A DNA stretch of 53,054 nucleotides from Myxococcota bacterium (GTDB taxonomy: Bacteria > Myxococcota_A > Polyangia > Polyangiales > Sandaracinaceae): assembly GCA_036149055.1 (NCBI GenBank), contig JAYZQJ010000217.1:1-53054 (forward strand), given 5' to 3'. Made by a program: the position numbers and the translations under genes. Under the pieces are notes generated by a model that was not told where the DNA came from, did not search any database, and was given only the letters and a program-made list of their open reading frames with translations. Shown here one piece after another: positions 36,938 to 45,272 of the stretch. The first letter of the stretch is position 1. Every line of letters begins with the position of its first letter.

Positions 36938-37696
36938 GTGAACGAAGAAGCCGTCCACTTCACGCTCGCCTGCGTCGAGATCGCGATCGCCATCCCCACC
37001 GTGATCGCCCTGCTCTGGACCACCGCCCCCTACGGCCGTCACGCCCGGGACGGCTGGGGCCCGACCATCCCGGCGCGGCTCGGCTGGATCGCGATGGAGA
37101 CCCCGGCGGTCCTCCTCTACGTCGGGATCTTCGCGCTGGGCGACCACCGCCTCGAGACCGCGCCGCTCGCGATGCTCGCCCTCTGGCAGCTCCACTACGT
37201 GCACCGCACCTACGTGTTCCCGTTCCGGATGCGGGCCGACGGCAAGCGCATGCCGCTGTCGATCCCCTTGATGGCCATCGTCTTCAACTGCCTGAACGCG
37301 TACGTGAACGCGCGCTGGATCAGCCACCTCGGCGACTACCCCGACGCCTGGCTGGGCGACCCCCGGTTCCTGATCGGCGGCGCGGTGTTCCTCACCGGCA
37401 TGGCCATCAACGTGCACGCCGACACCGTGCTGATGCGCCTCCGGAAGCCCGGGGAGACCGGCTACAAGATCCCGCGCGGCGGCCTCTACCGCTACATCTC
37501 GAGCCCCAACTACTTCGGCGAGATCCTCGAGTGGACGGGCTGGGCGATCCTCACCTGGTCGGTCGCCGGCCTGGCCTTCGCCGTCTACACCGCCGCCAAC
37601 CTCGCGCCCCGCGCCTTCTCGAACCACCGCTGGTACCTCGAGAAGTTCCCCGACTACCCGAGCGGGCGGAAGGCCCTGATCCCGTTCGTCATTTGA
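36938..37696 (+). CDS. Steroid 5-alpha-reductase (3-oxo-5-alpha-steroid 4-dehydrogenase, SRD5A/DET2-like)
   Basis: YGRH, W..ME.P, HY.HR, N.HAD..L..LRKPGE.GYKIPRGG, PNYFGEILEW.G, NLAPRA..NHRWY and YP..RKALIPF motifs. Confidence 0.92.
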   Translation: MNEEAVHFTLACVEIAIAIPTVIALLWTTAPYGRHARDGWGPTIPARLGWIAMETPAVLLYVGIFALGDHRLETAPLAMLALWQLHYVHRTYVFPFRMRADGKRMPLSIPLMAIVFNCLNAYVNARWISHLGDYPDAWLGDPRFLIGGAVFLTGMAINVHADTVLMRLRKPGETGYKIPRGGLYRYISSPNYFGEILEWTGWAILTWSVAGLAFAVYTAANLAPRAFSNHRWYLEKFPDYPSGRKALIPFVI

Positions 37697-39077
37697 TGGC
37701 GGCCTCCGCCTCGAGCTCGTCCGGCACCGCGCGCTCGCGCGACGAGAAGGCGCGCACCAGCAGGTAGCCGACGACGCCGGCGACCAGCGAGGCGGCGAGG
37801 ATGCCGACCTTGGCGCGCTCCAGGGTCGCCGCGTCGTCGAAGGCGAGGCCGGCGATGAAGAGGCTCATCGTGAAGCCGATGCCGCCCAGGAGCCCGACGC
37901 CCCAGAGCTGCGGCCAGCGCACGTTGCTCGGGAGGTCGGCGACGCCGAGCTTCACCGCGATCCACGCGAAGAGCCCGATGCCGATCGGCTTGCCGATCAC
38001 GAGCCCGGCGATGACGCCGAGGGTCACGCTGGCGGTCAGCGCCTGCCCGAGCGACGCGTCGAGGCTGACGCCCGCGTTCGCGAGCGCGAAGATCGGGAGC
38101 ACGATGAAGGTCACCAGCGGGTTCAGGGCGTGCTCCAGGCGCTGCAGCGGCGCGCCGGCCTGCTCCACCCGGGTGGCGAGCTTGTCGAGCACGAGCTGCT
38201 GCTCGTGGGTGTTCATCGAGTGATCCTGGGGCACCCCGACCGCCTTGAGCCGGTCGAGCAGCGCCTGCGCCTTGCGCACGAAGTCCGCGCCGTCGATCCG
38301 GGTGCGGGCCGGGATGGTGAAGGCCATCAGGATCGCGGCGATGGTCGCGTGCACCCCGCTCTGCAGGAACGCGAGCCAGACCAGGGATCCGAGGAAGAAG
38401 TAGAAGAGGCTGTTGCGGACCTGCAGCACGTTCGCCGCGACCGCGACCGCGAGGAAGAGGAAGCCGGCCACGAGCCCGAAGATCGACAGCGAGTCGGTGT
38501 AGAAGACGGCGATCACGAGGACCGCGCCGATGTCGTCGACGATGACCAGCGCGGTCAGGAAGACCTTGAGGCCGAGCGGCACCCGGTCCCCGAGCAGGGC
38601 GAGCACGCCGAGCGCGAACGCGATGTCGGTGGCCATCGGGATGCCCCAGCCGCTCGCCGCCGCGCCGCTCGGGTTGAGCGCCACGTAGAGCCCCGCCGGC
38701 ACGACCATGCCGCCGAGCGCGGCGATCGCGGGGAGGGTCGCCTTGCGCACCGTGGCCAGCTCACCCGCGAGCACCTCGCGCTTGATCTCCAGGCCGACGA
38801 GGAAGAAGAAGATCCCCATCAGGCCGTCGTTGATCCAGTGATGGAGGGTCTTCTCCAGCCCCAGATCGGCGAAGCTGACCCCGACCGGGGTGTGGAGCAG
38901 CCCGTGGTAGGCCTCCGCCCATGGGGAGTTCGCCCACACCACGGCGGCCACCGTGCTCACGATGAGCAGCATGGCGCCCGCGAGCTTGTGGCGAGCGAAG
39001 CCCTGGAAGGGGGAGATCAGGCGATCGATGGGCCGCGGCGGCAGGACATCGTCGTCGTGGGTGTGTCCGTCGTGCAT
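37689..39077 (-). CDS. nhaA: Na+/H+ antiporter NhaA
   Basis: WINDGLM.IFF, GLEIKRE, GWGIPMATDIAF, IVDD, SGVHAT, GKPIGI and GIGFTMSLFI motifs. Confidence 0.95.
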   Translation of the reverse strand: MHDGHTHDDDVLPPRPIDRLISPFQGFARHKLAGAMLLIVSTVAAVVWANSPWAEAYHGLLHTPVGVSFADLGLEKTLHHWINDGLMGIFFFLVGLEIKREVLAGELATVRKATLPAIAALGGMVVPAGLYVALNPSGAAASGWGIPMATDIAFALGVLALLGDRVPLGLKVFLTALVIVDDIGAVLVIAVFYTDSLSIFGLVAGFLFLAVAVAANVLQVRNSLFYFFLGSLVWLAFLQSGVHATIAAILMAFTIPARTRIDGADFVRKAQALLDRLKAVGVPQDHSMNTHEQQLVLDKLATRVEQAGAPLQRLEHALNPLVTFIVLPIFALANAGVSLDASLGQALTASVTLGVIAGLVIGKPIGIGLFAWIAVKLGVADLPSNVRWPQLWGVGLLGGIGFTMSLFIAGLAFDDAATLERAKVGILAASLVAGVVGYLLVRAFSSRERAVPDELEAEAAIK

Positions 39078-39248
39078 GGGCGTCAGCGCACAGGTAGGCC
39101 CACGTCAGGGAGTGACGACGGGCGGCGAAACGATCCTAACGATCGTGACCCGAGGCGCCACACCTCACCCGACCGAGGACGCCGAGACGAGGGCGGTTCA
39201 CGCTGAAATCATTCGGGATCTCGTGCTGTGACGGAATGCGAGACAGCA

Positions 39249-39264
39249 TGGCACGAGATCTGCT
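39249..39264 (+). promoter_or_regulatory. Sigma54-type -24/-12 promoter
   Basis: TGGCAC-GAGAT-CTGCT with GG-N10-GC spacing, 23 nt upstream of ATG 39288. Confidence 0.6.
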
Positions 39265-39287
39265 GATCGTGGCGGCATGGTGGCGCC

Positions 39288-39587
39288 ATGTCCCTGACCT
39301 TCCACGCCGAGCTCTCCTGGTCCGATGACGGAACCGGGCTTCGCCGTCGGCTCCGCCTCGACGAGGCGACCGAGGCGTTCGGCCTGCTGGAGCGGGACGG
39401 GGACGGCTGGAGCCTCTGCATTCCGTCCGGAGCGGAGGCGGAGGCCCGGGTCGACGCGCGCCCGGTGGACCTGCGCACGCTGTGGCTGGAGCCGTCCGGG
39501 GAGCGACGGCTGCCGCTCCGCGCCGGGCTCGAGGCCCGGGTGCGGATGGGCGCGTTCCGCTTCGAGTTGCGCCCGGTCGCGGCCTGA
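39288..39587 (+). CDS. Small protein homologous to the N-terminal domain of the AgmX/PglI-type protein at 16068
   Basis: LLERDG...IPSGA...RLPLRAGLEARVRMGAFRFELRP aligns by eye with VVERDG...LPEGA...LFPMPDGAAARVSHAGFTFVVRP. Confidence 0.7.
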   Translation: MSLTFHAELSWSDDGTGLRRRLRLDEATEAFGLLERDGDGWSLCIPSGAEAEARVDARPVDLRTLWLEPSGERRLPLRAGLEARVRMGAFRFELRPVAA

Positions 39588-39593
39588 CGTCGT

Positions 39594-39764
39594 CTACATG
39601 AGCTGAATGATGGCGACCCCGCGATCGCCGCCCTCGGGCGGCTCGCTCGGTCGCTGCTGCCGGGTGGGGATCGGCAGCTCGAGACGGGGCTGGGGGCGAC
39701 GCTCCTCTTCGCGAAGCACCTCTTCGCGACGGCGAAGCTCTTCGATGATGTAGGCGGGAAGCAT
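39594..39764 (-). CDS. Small conserved-looking protein (56 aa; ML..YIIEELRRRE...LELP...RGVAII)
   Basis: ATG 39764 with a candidate sigma54 promoter upstream. Sequence pattern resembles a small myxobacterial family (recollection, unverified). Confidence 0.65.
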   Translation of the reverse strand: MLPAYIIEELRRREEVLREEERRPQPRLELPIPTRQQRPSEPPEGGDRGVAIIQLM

Positions 39765-39780
39765 GTCGCCCCGATCCAAA

Positions 39781-39796
39781 TGCACGGCGCGTGCCC
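39781..39796 (-). promoter_or_regulatory. Sigma54-type -24/-12 promoter
   Basis: Minus strand GGGCAC-GCGCC-GTGCA with GG-N10-GC spacing, 16 nt upstream of ATG 39764. Confidence 0.45.
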
Positions 39797-39966
39797 GCGG
39801 ATCGACGGAACGAGATCATTGGCTTTCTGCGCGGCGATGTCCCCAGACGGGTTTTCGATTGTGGAATTTGCCCCGCACGAGTGGTGTGAAGCCCCCAACG
39901 GGTACGACAGCCGTGTCACCCCCAATCGGCTACCCAAATCGCGGGCCCTGATGCGAAGCTCCCCAG

Positions 39967-42225
39967 GTGGCCGAGCAGAGCGACACACCGAGACCGAGCG
40001 CCTCGGAGGGAGCGCCCGGCGGGGCGGGCCGCTTCGGCGCCTTCGGCGGCGTCTTCACGCCCTCGATCCTGACCATCCTCGGGGTCGTCATGTACATGCG
40101 TCTCGGCTGGGTGACCGGCCAGGCGGGCCTCGCGTGGGCGCTGGGCATCATCGTCGTCGCGCACCTGATCTCGCTCGCGACCGGGCTCAGCGTGGCCAGC
40201 ATCGCCACCAACCGGACGGTCGGCGCGGGCGGCGCCTACTTCATGATCAGCCGGGCGCTCGGGGGCGCGGCCGGGGCGTCGATCGGCATCCCTCTCTTCT
40301 TCGCCCAGGCGCTGAGCGTCACCTTCTACATCGTCGGCTTCGCCGAGTCGGTGCTGCAGCTCGTCCCGGAGGCCTACCACCCCTACTGCCCGGCCTGGGC
40401 GATCGGCACCCTGGTCAACGTCGGGATCACCGCGCTCTCCCTCAAGAGCGCCGACCTCGCGATCAAGGCGCAGTACGTCGTGATGGCCGCGATCGTGGCG
40501 TCGCTGGTCGGGCTGTTCACCGGTCAGGGCCCGGACTTCCCGGCGCAGATCGAGTGGAGCAACCCGGACGGCCTGCCGAAGGCGATGATCTTCGCCGCGT
40601 TCTTCCCCGCGGTGACCGGCATCATGGCCGGGGTCTCGATGTCCGGAGACCTGAAGGATCCGCGGAGCGCGATCCCGAAGGGCACCCTCGCCGCGATCGC
40701 GGTCGGCTTCGTCGTCTACATGGCCATCCCGGTCTGGCTCGCGCTCAGCTACTCGAACCAGTTCCTCGTCGACAACGCCGACGCGGTCTTCACCCTCGCG
40801 AGCGTGCCCGCGACCATCTACGCCGGGGTCTGGGGCGCGACCCTCTCGAGCGCGCTCGGCAGCATCCTCACCGCGCCCCGCACCCTCCAGGCCCTGTCCC
40901 AGGACGGCCTGATGCCGCGCTTCCTCGGCAAGGGCTACGGCCCGGCCAACGAGCCGCGGGTGGGCACGGTGCTGACCTTCGTGCTCGCGCAGATCGGCGT
41001 GCTGCTGGGCGACCTCGACGTCATCGCCCCCGTCCTGACGATGTTCTTCCTCGCGACCTACGGCGTCACCAACCTGGCGTGCGGTCTCCAGCGCTGGGCG
41101 GCGAGCCCGAGCTTCCGGCCCAGCTTCAAGATCCCCGCCTCGATCAGCCTGATCGGTGGCGCGGCCTGCTTCTACGTGATGAGCATGATCGACATCGTGG
41201 CCATGGTGGTCGCGCTGCTGCTCTGCGGGCTCATCTTCGCCGTCGCCCAGCGCCGGGCCCTCGGCACCACCTACGGCGACGCGCGCCACGGCATCTGGGC
41301 CGCCCTGGTCCGGAGCGCGCTCCATCGCCTGCGCCGCGTCGAGTTCCACCCGCTCAACTGGCGACCGAACCTGATCATCTTCGGCGGCGACCCGGAGAAG
41401 CGGCCGCACCTGCTGCACATCGGCTCCTCGCTCGTCCAGGACCGCGGGCTGGTCACCTACTTCCACCTGCTCAAGGGGGACGTGGCGAAGCTCGCCGAGG
41501 CGCGGGCGGAGACCTTCGAGCGCCTCGAGCCGCCCATCCGCGACAAGTTCGCGAACGTGTTCTTCAAGGTCGACATCGCCGAGGACATCTTCCGCGGCGC
41601 GGTCACCAGCGCGCAGAGCTACGGCGTCGGCGCGTTCGAGGCCAACTGCGTGATGACCGGCTGGACGACCAAGCCCGAGCGCGCCGGGGCCTACGTGAAG
41701 ATGCTCCAGGACCTCGTGCTGCTCGACCGGGCGCTGCTCGTGGTCCGCTACCACCCCGAGAAGAAGCTCGGCGAGGGCAAGGCGCTCCACGTCTGGCTCG
41801 GCGGCGACGAGCGCACCCAGGCGATGCTGCTGCTGTTCGCGCACCTGCTGACCTCGCACTACCGCTGGCGGAACATGGAGATCACCGTCTTCGACGTGGT
41901 GGAGAGCGACCAGGACAAGCTCGCGGCGCAGTCGCATCTGCACAAGCTCCTGACCGAGGCGCGCATCGAGGCGCGGCCGCGCGTGATCCTGCGGCAGGGC
42001 CGGAGCCTGAAGCAGGTGATGCACGTCGAGAGCGACGCCGCGGACTTCGCCCTCGTCGGCTTCTCGCTCCCGGAGTCCTCGACCGACGCCGAGGGCGACC
42101 CGGAGGCGGCCACCCGAGAGATGGTCACCGAGATCGACGGCCTGCTCGAGGAGCTGCCGACCACCATCCTCGTACACAGCGCCCGCCACTTCGAGCACGA
42201 GCAGGTCCTGCTCGATCGCGAGTGA
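39967..42225 (+). CDS. Cation-chloride cotransporter (CCC/SLC12-like, APC superfamily)
   Basis: FGGVFTPSILTILGVVMYMR.GW, GGAYFMISRALG, FFPAVTGIMAG.SMSGDL.DP..AIP.GT, APRTLQAL, SPSFRP and NWRP motifs, followed by a large C-terminal domain. Confidence 0.92.
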   Translation: MAEQSDTPRPSASEGAPGGAGRFGAFGGVFTPSILTILGVVMYMRLGWVTGQAGLAWALGIIVVAHLISLATGLSVASIATNRTVGAGGAYFMISRALGGAAGASIGIPLFFAQALSVTFYIVGFAESVLQLVPEAYHPYCPAWAIGTLVNVGITALSLKSADLAIKAQYVVMAAIVASLVGLFTGQGPDFPAQIEWSNPDGLPKAMIFAAFFPAVTGIMAGVSMSGDLKDPRSAIPKGTLAAIAVGFVVYMAIPVWLALSYSNQFLVDNADAVFTLASVPATIYAGVWGATLSSALGSILTAPRTLQALSQDGLMPRFLGKGYGPANEPRVGTVLTFVLAQIGVLLGDLDVIAPVLTMFFLATYGVTNLACGLQRWAASPSFRPSFKIPASISLIGGAACFYVMSMIDIVAMVVALLLCGLIFAVAQRRALGTTYGDARHGIWAALVRSALHRLRRVEFHPLNWRPNLIIFGGDPEKRPHLLHIGSSLVQDRGLVTYFHLLKGDVAKLAEARAETFERLEPPIRDKFANVFFKVDIAEDIFRGAVTSAQSYGVGAFEANCVMTGWTTKPERAGAYVKMLQDLVLLDRALLVVRYHPEKKLGEGKALHVWLGGDERTQAMLLLFAHLLTSHYRWRNMEITVFDVVESDQDKLAAQSHLHKLLTEARIEARPRVILRQGRSLKQVMHVESDAADFALVGFSLPESSTDAEGDPEAATREMVTEIDGLLEELPTTILVHSARHFEHEQVLLDRE

Positions 42226-43893
42226 CTACTTCGTCTTCTTCGTCCACGGCGTCAGGTCGCCGAGCTCGTCGAGCCTCGGGAACGCGCCGGTGAAGCGCCA
42301 GCCGCGGTCGTCGATGTAGAGCTCGGCGGGAGGCTTCGCGATCGGGAAGCGGATGCGGGCCAGCACGCGCTCCTCGAGGCCGTGCTCGCGCAGCCAGGCC
42401 TTCATCATCTCGATCGCGCCCGGGTAGCTCGAGCGCACCGAGCAGATCGCCACGTCGAAGCGCTCGGCCGCCTGGGTCAGGAAGTGGATGGCGCCCTCCA
42501 CCGGCGGATCCGGGATCACCGTCGGCCCCTTCCACCCGGAGGCGTAGGCGTGCAGGACGCCGTCGAAGTCGAGGCAGAGCGTGCGCCGATGTTTGCCCCG
42601 CCCCACCCGGTGCATCTCGCCCGGCAGGTCGGCGAGGCTCTCCCCGGACAAGACGCGCTCCTTGGCGCGCTGCGCTTCGGCGGGGGTCAAGAACCCCCGC
42701 CCGAGCATCCCCTCGATCCGCTCGAGCACGAACACCACGTCCGCCCTGCCCGTGCCCCTGCCCGTGCCCGCGTTCGCGTTCGTTTCCGAGTCCGAGTCCG
42801 AGTCCGAGTCCGAGTCCGAGCCCGAGCCCGAGCCCGAGTCCGAGTCCGAGTCCGAGTCCGAGTCCGAGCCCGAGTCCGAGTCCGAGTCCGAGTCCGAGTC
42901 CGAGTCCGAGTCCGAGTCCGAGTCCGCTTCCGACTCCGCGCCGCGGGTGGGCTCGCGCGCCTGACCCTTCACCGCGGCCACCAGATCCTCCGGGGCCTCC
43001 CACTCCATCTCGAGCTCCCACGGCTCGTCGACGAAGTAGAGCGCGTCGGGGTCCTCGTGGTCGACGTAGTCCTTCTCGGGATCCTCGCCGCGGATGGCCG
43101 AGGGCTCGCCGTTGCGGGGGCGGTGGGGCTCGAGGTCGAGGTGGGTGCGGCGGGAGAGGATGCCCTCGTCGACCGGGTCGAGGATCGCGCCGGGGCGCGC
43201 GTAGGCCTCGCGAGGCCAGTCGCGGTGCGGGACCGCGGGCAGCGCGTAGGTCGCGGCCGGGCTCTTCATCGAGGGATCGATGGTGAAGTGCGCGCGCTCC
43301 TCGGCCCACGACCACACCGCGGCCCAGTCCTCGGCGGGGACCGGGAAGGCGAGCGGCATCACCACTCGGAAGCGAGGGTGATCGGCGGTGTGAGACCAGG
43401 TCGTGTAGACCAGGTGGAAGAACGTGCTCCAGGTGGTGCTCGCCTCGGCGATCGGCGTGCCGTCGTCGTAGTCGAGCACCAGGCAGCCGACGTGAGTGAC
43501 GTTCTCGCTGCCTCGCTTGTCGGCGCCCGGGCGGTAGAGCGCGGGCGACCAGAGGCGCAGGTCGCGCTTCGCGCTCTTGTAGGCGTCGGTGATCATCTGC
43601 TCGGCGGCGGCGGAGACGGCGGCCCGCGGGTCGTCGCCCCGCTTCTTCGCCTCGGCCTCGACCTTGGCGAGCTTGCCCATGAACTTGCCGCGCGGGGCCG
43701 CGCCCTCGGCGAGGCGATCGCGCGCCTGCTTGATGCGCGCGACCTCCCGCTCGATCTTCGCCGCCGTCTCCATCTTGATCTCGAAGCGGCGGAGCGCGGC
43801 GGTCAGCTCCGGCAACGTCAGCACCTCCTGCTCGGGCGTCGTGTCGAAGACGCGCAGGAAGCTGCAAGCCGGGATGAGCAGCGAGCCGGTCAT
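42226..43893 (-). CDS. Fusion protein: AEP primase-polymerase-like domain + (SD)n linker + SHOCT-like motif + HAD-family phosphatase
   Basis: R...NV...LVLDYDDG, YTTWSH...PRFRVVMPL..PV and IDPS in the N-half. SD repeat. LERIEGMLGRGFLTPAEAQRAKERVL. C-terminal LDFDGVLH.Y.SGW.G...DPPV.GA...KPPA.LYIDDR. ATGA overlap with the upstream gene; 555 aa. Confidence 0.78.
   Translation of the reverse strand: MTGSLLIPACSFLRVFDTTPEQEVLTLPELTAALRRFEIKMETAAKIEREVARIKQARDRLAEGAAPRGKFMGKLAKVEAEAKKRGDDPRAAVSAAAEQMITDAYKSAKRDLRLWSPALYRPGADKRGSENVTHVGCLVLDYDDGTPIAEASTTWSTFFHLVYTTWSHTADHPRFRVVMPLAFPVPAEDWAAVWSWAEERAHFTIDPSMKSPAATYALPAVPHRDWPREAYARPGAILDPVDEGILSRRTHLDLEPHRPRNGEPSAIRGEDPEKDYVDHEDPDALYFVDEPWELEMEWEAPEDLVAAVKGQAREPTRGAESEADSDSDSDSDSDSDSDSDSGSDSDSDSDSDSGSGSGSDSDSDSDSDSETNANAGTGRGTGRADVVFVLERIEGMLGRGFLTPAEAQRAKERVLSGESLADLPGEMHRVGRGKHRRTLCLDFDGVLHAYASGWKGPTVIPDPPVEGAIHFLTQAAERFDVAICSVRSSYPGAIEMMKAWLREHGLEERVLARIRFPIAKPPAELYIDDRGWRFTGAFPRLDELGDLTPWTKKTK
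42785..42926. repeat. Intragenic hexanucleotide repeat (TCCGAG/CCCGAG)x~23 encoding an SD/SG linker
   Basis: Directly visible tandem array, in frame on the minus strand. Confidence 0.95.
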
Positions 43894-45272
43894 GGCGCGC
43901 GGCGGCGGACCCGCGCGAGCGAGGTCCAGCTGCGGGTGCCGTCGGGCGAGACGACCGCGAGCGCGTGCCCGATGCGAGCCGCGATGACCGCGCCCTCGGA
44001 GACGCCGTCCACCCACACCCGCGCGCCGGGCCCGAGCTGCTGCGCGTCGGCGGCCACCCGCGGGATCCAGCGCTCGCTGCCGTCGCTGGTCGCCACGAGC
44101 AGGCTCGAGGGGTCCTCGCGGGCGTCGACCGCGACGCCCGGCCGGAACGCGCCGGGGCCCACCTGGGCCTCGACCCACGCGCCCGGGGGCACCTCGCTCT
44201 CCAGGCCCTCGCCCCGACGATGCGCGCCGTCGCTCCGCACCCAGACGCAGCTCGCGTCGGTCCAGCGCGCGCCCTCCCCCGGGATCTCGACCCGGAGCGC
44301 CGGACCGACCCGGGCGAGCAGGGTCGCGGGCACGACCCGGGCGCCGTCGCTCACCTCGAGCGCGTCGCCGGAGGCCAGCTCCGGCGCGAGCAGATCGCGG
44401 CGATGCACCCAGTCCGCGTCCCCGTTGGCGAAGACCACGAAGGCCCGCGGGGGATCGGCCCGCACCACCACCGCGAGCTGGTGCAGGGCGCCGACCTGGC
44501 GCGCGAGGACCTGGGTGCCCACCCAGAGCGGCGCCCGCGGCCGCGTCACCGGGCCCGGGGGCGGCTCGGGCGTATCGGCCCGGGCGAGCGCGCGCCCGGC
44601 GAGCTGCCGGTGGGGGATCTGGCGATCGAGGCCGAGCGGCGCCTCCATCGCGCGGGCCGGGAGGCCGACCACGCCGCCGAGCTGCGCCCCCACCAGCCAG
44701 AGCGCGCCGAGCGCCACGCCGGTCGAGCCGAGCCACAGCGTCGGAGACAGCGCGAGCGCCGCCCTCGGCCGGCGGGTCTCGAGCCGGAGCCGCGCCGCCG
44801 TGCGCCACCGGATCCGGCGCCAGCGCGGGTGGGCGATGTGCTGCACCAGCAGCCCCTCCGCCTCGAGCAGCCGCGCGCCGCAGCGGCCGCACGGCCGCTC
44901 GCCGGCCTCGCTGCACTCTCGCGCCAGCACCGGGGCGCCGCAGCGGGGGCAGCTCGCGCTCCGGCGCTCGCCGCGGGCGCGGGAGAGGCGCTCGGCGCCC
45001 TCGGCCAGCAGCCGGCGACGGACCCACCACGGCCCGAGCGAGAGCGCGACGGCGAAGATCACGCCGATCCCCGCCACCAACGCCATCGCCCAGCCCTCGA
45101 AGAGGCGCGCGACCCGCCAGCTGACCGCCGCGAGCGTCAGCCCGCCGACCGCGCCCACCAGCAAGGTGAGCGCGCGACGCGGGGCGCTCGGCAGCACCGC
45201 GCGCGCCACCTCGGCCTCCCACGCGCGGCGCGCCTCCCGCCGCAGCCGGGCCTCGTCGGGCGCGCTGCTCAC
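43890..45272 (-). CDS. Membrane protein with a Zn-ribbon (CPRC...CGRC) and four C-terminal Tudor/SH3-like repeats
   Basis: Three TM-like segments, a CxxC pair, and four G.xV.A...V...V.F.(D/N)G...W units. GTGA overlap with the upstream gene. Confidence 0.68.
   Translation of the reverse strand: MSSAPDEARLRREARRAWEAEVARAVLPSAPRRALTLLVGAVGGLTLAAVSWRVARLFEGWAMALVAGIGVIFAVALSLGPWWVRRRLLAEGAERLSRARGERRSASCPRCGAPVLARECSEAGERPCGRCGARLLEAEGLLVQHIAHPRWRRIRWRTAARLRLETRRPRAALALSPTLWLGSTGVALGALWLVGAQLGGVVGLPARAMEAPLGLDRQIPHRQLAGRALARADTPEPPPGPVTRPRAPLWVGTQVLARQVGALHQLAVVVRADPPRAFVVFANGDADWVHRRDLLAPELASGDALEVSDGARVVPATLLARVGPALRVEIPGEGARWTDASCVWVRSDGAHRRGEGLESEVPPGAWVEAQVGPGAFRPGVAVDAREDPSSLLVATSDGSERWIPRVAADAQQLGPGARVWVDGVSEGAVIAARIGHALAVVSPDGTRSWTSLARVRRRAP

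Noticed and set aside
42785..42926. Sdr/clumping-factor-type adhesin suggested by the SD repeat
   Set aside because: No signal peptide or cell-wall anchor. The repeat is an interdomain linker between cytoplasmic enzyme-like domains.
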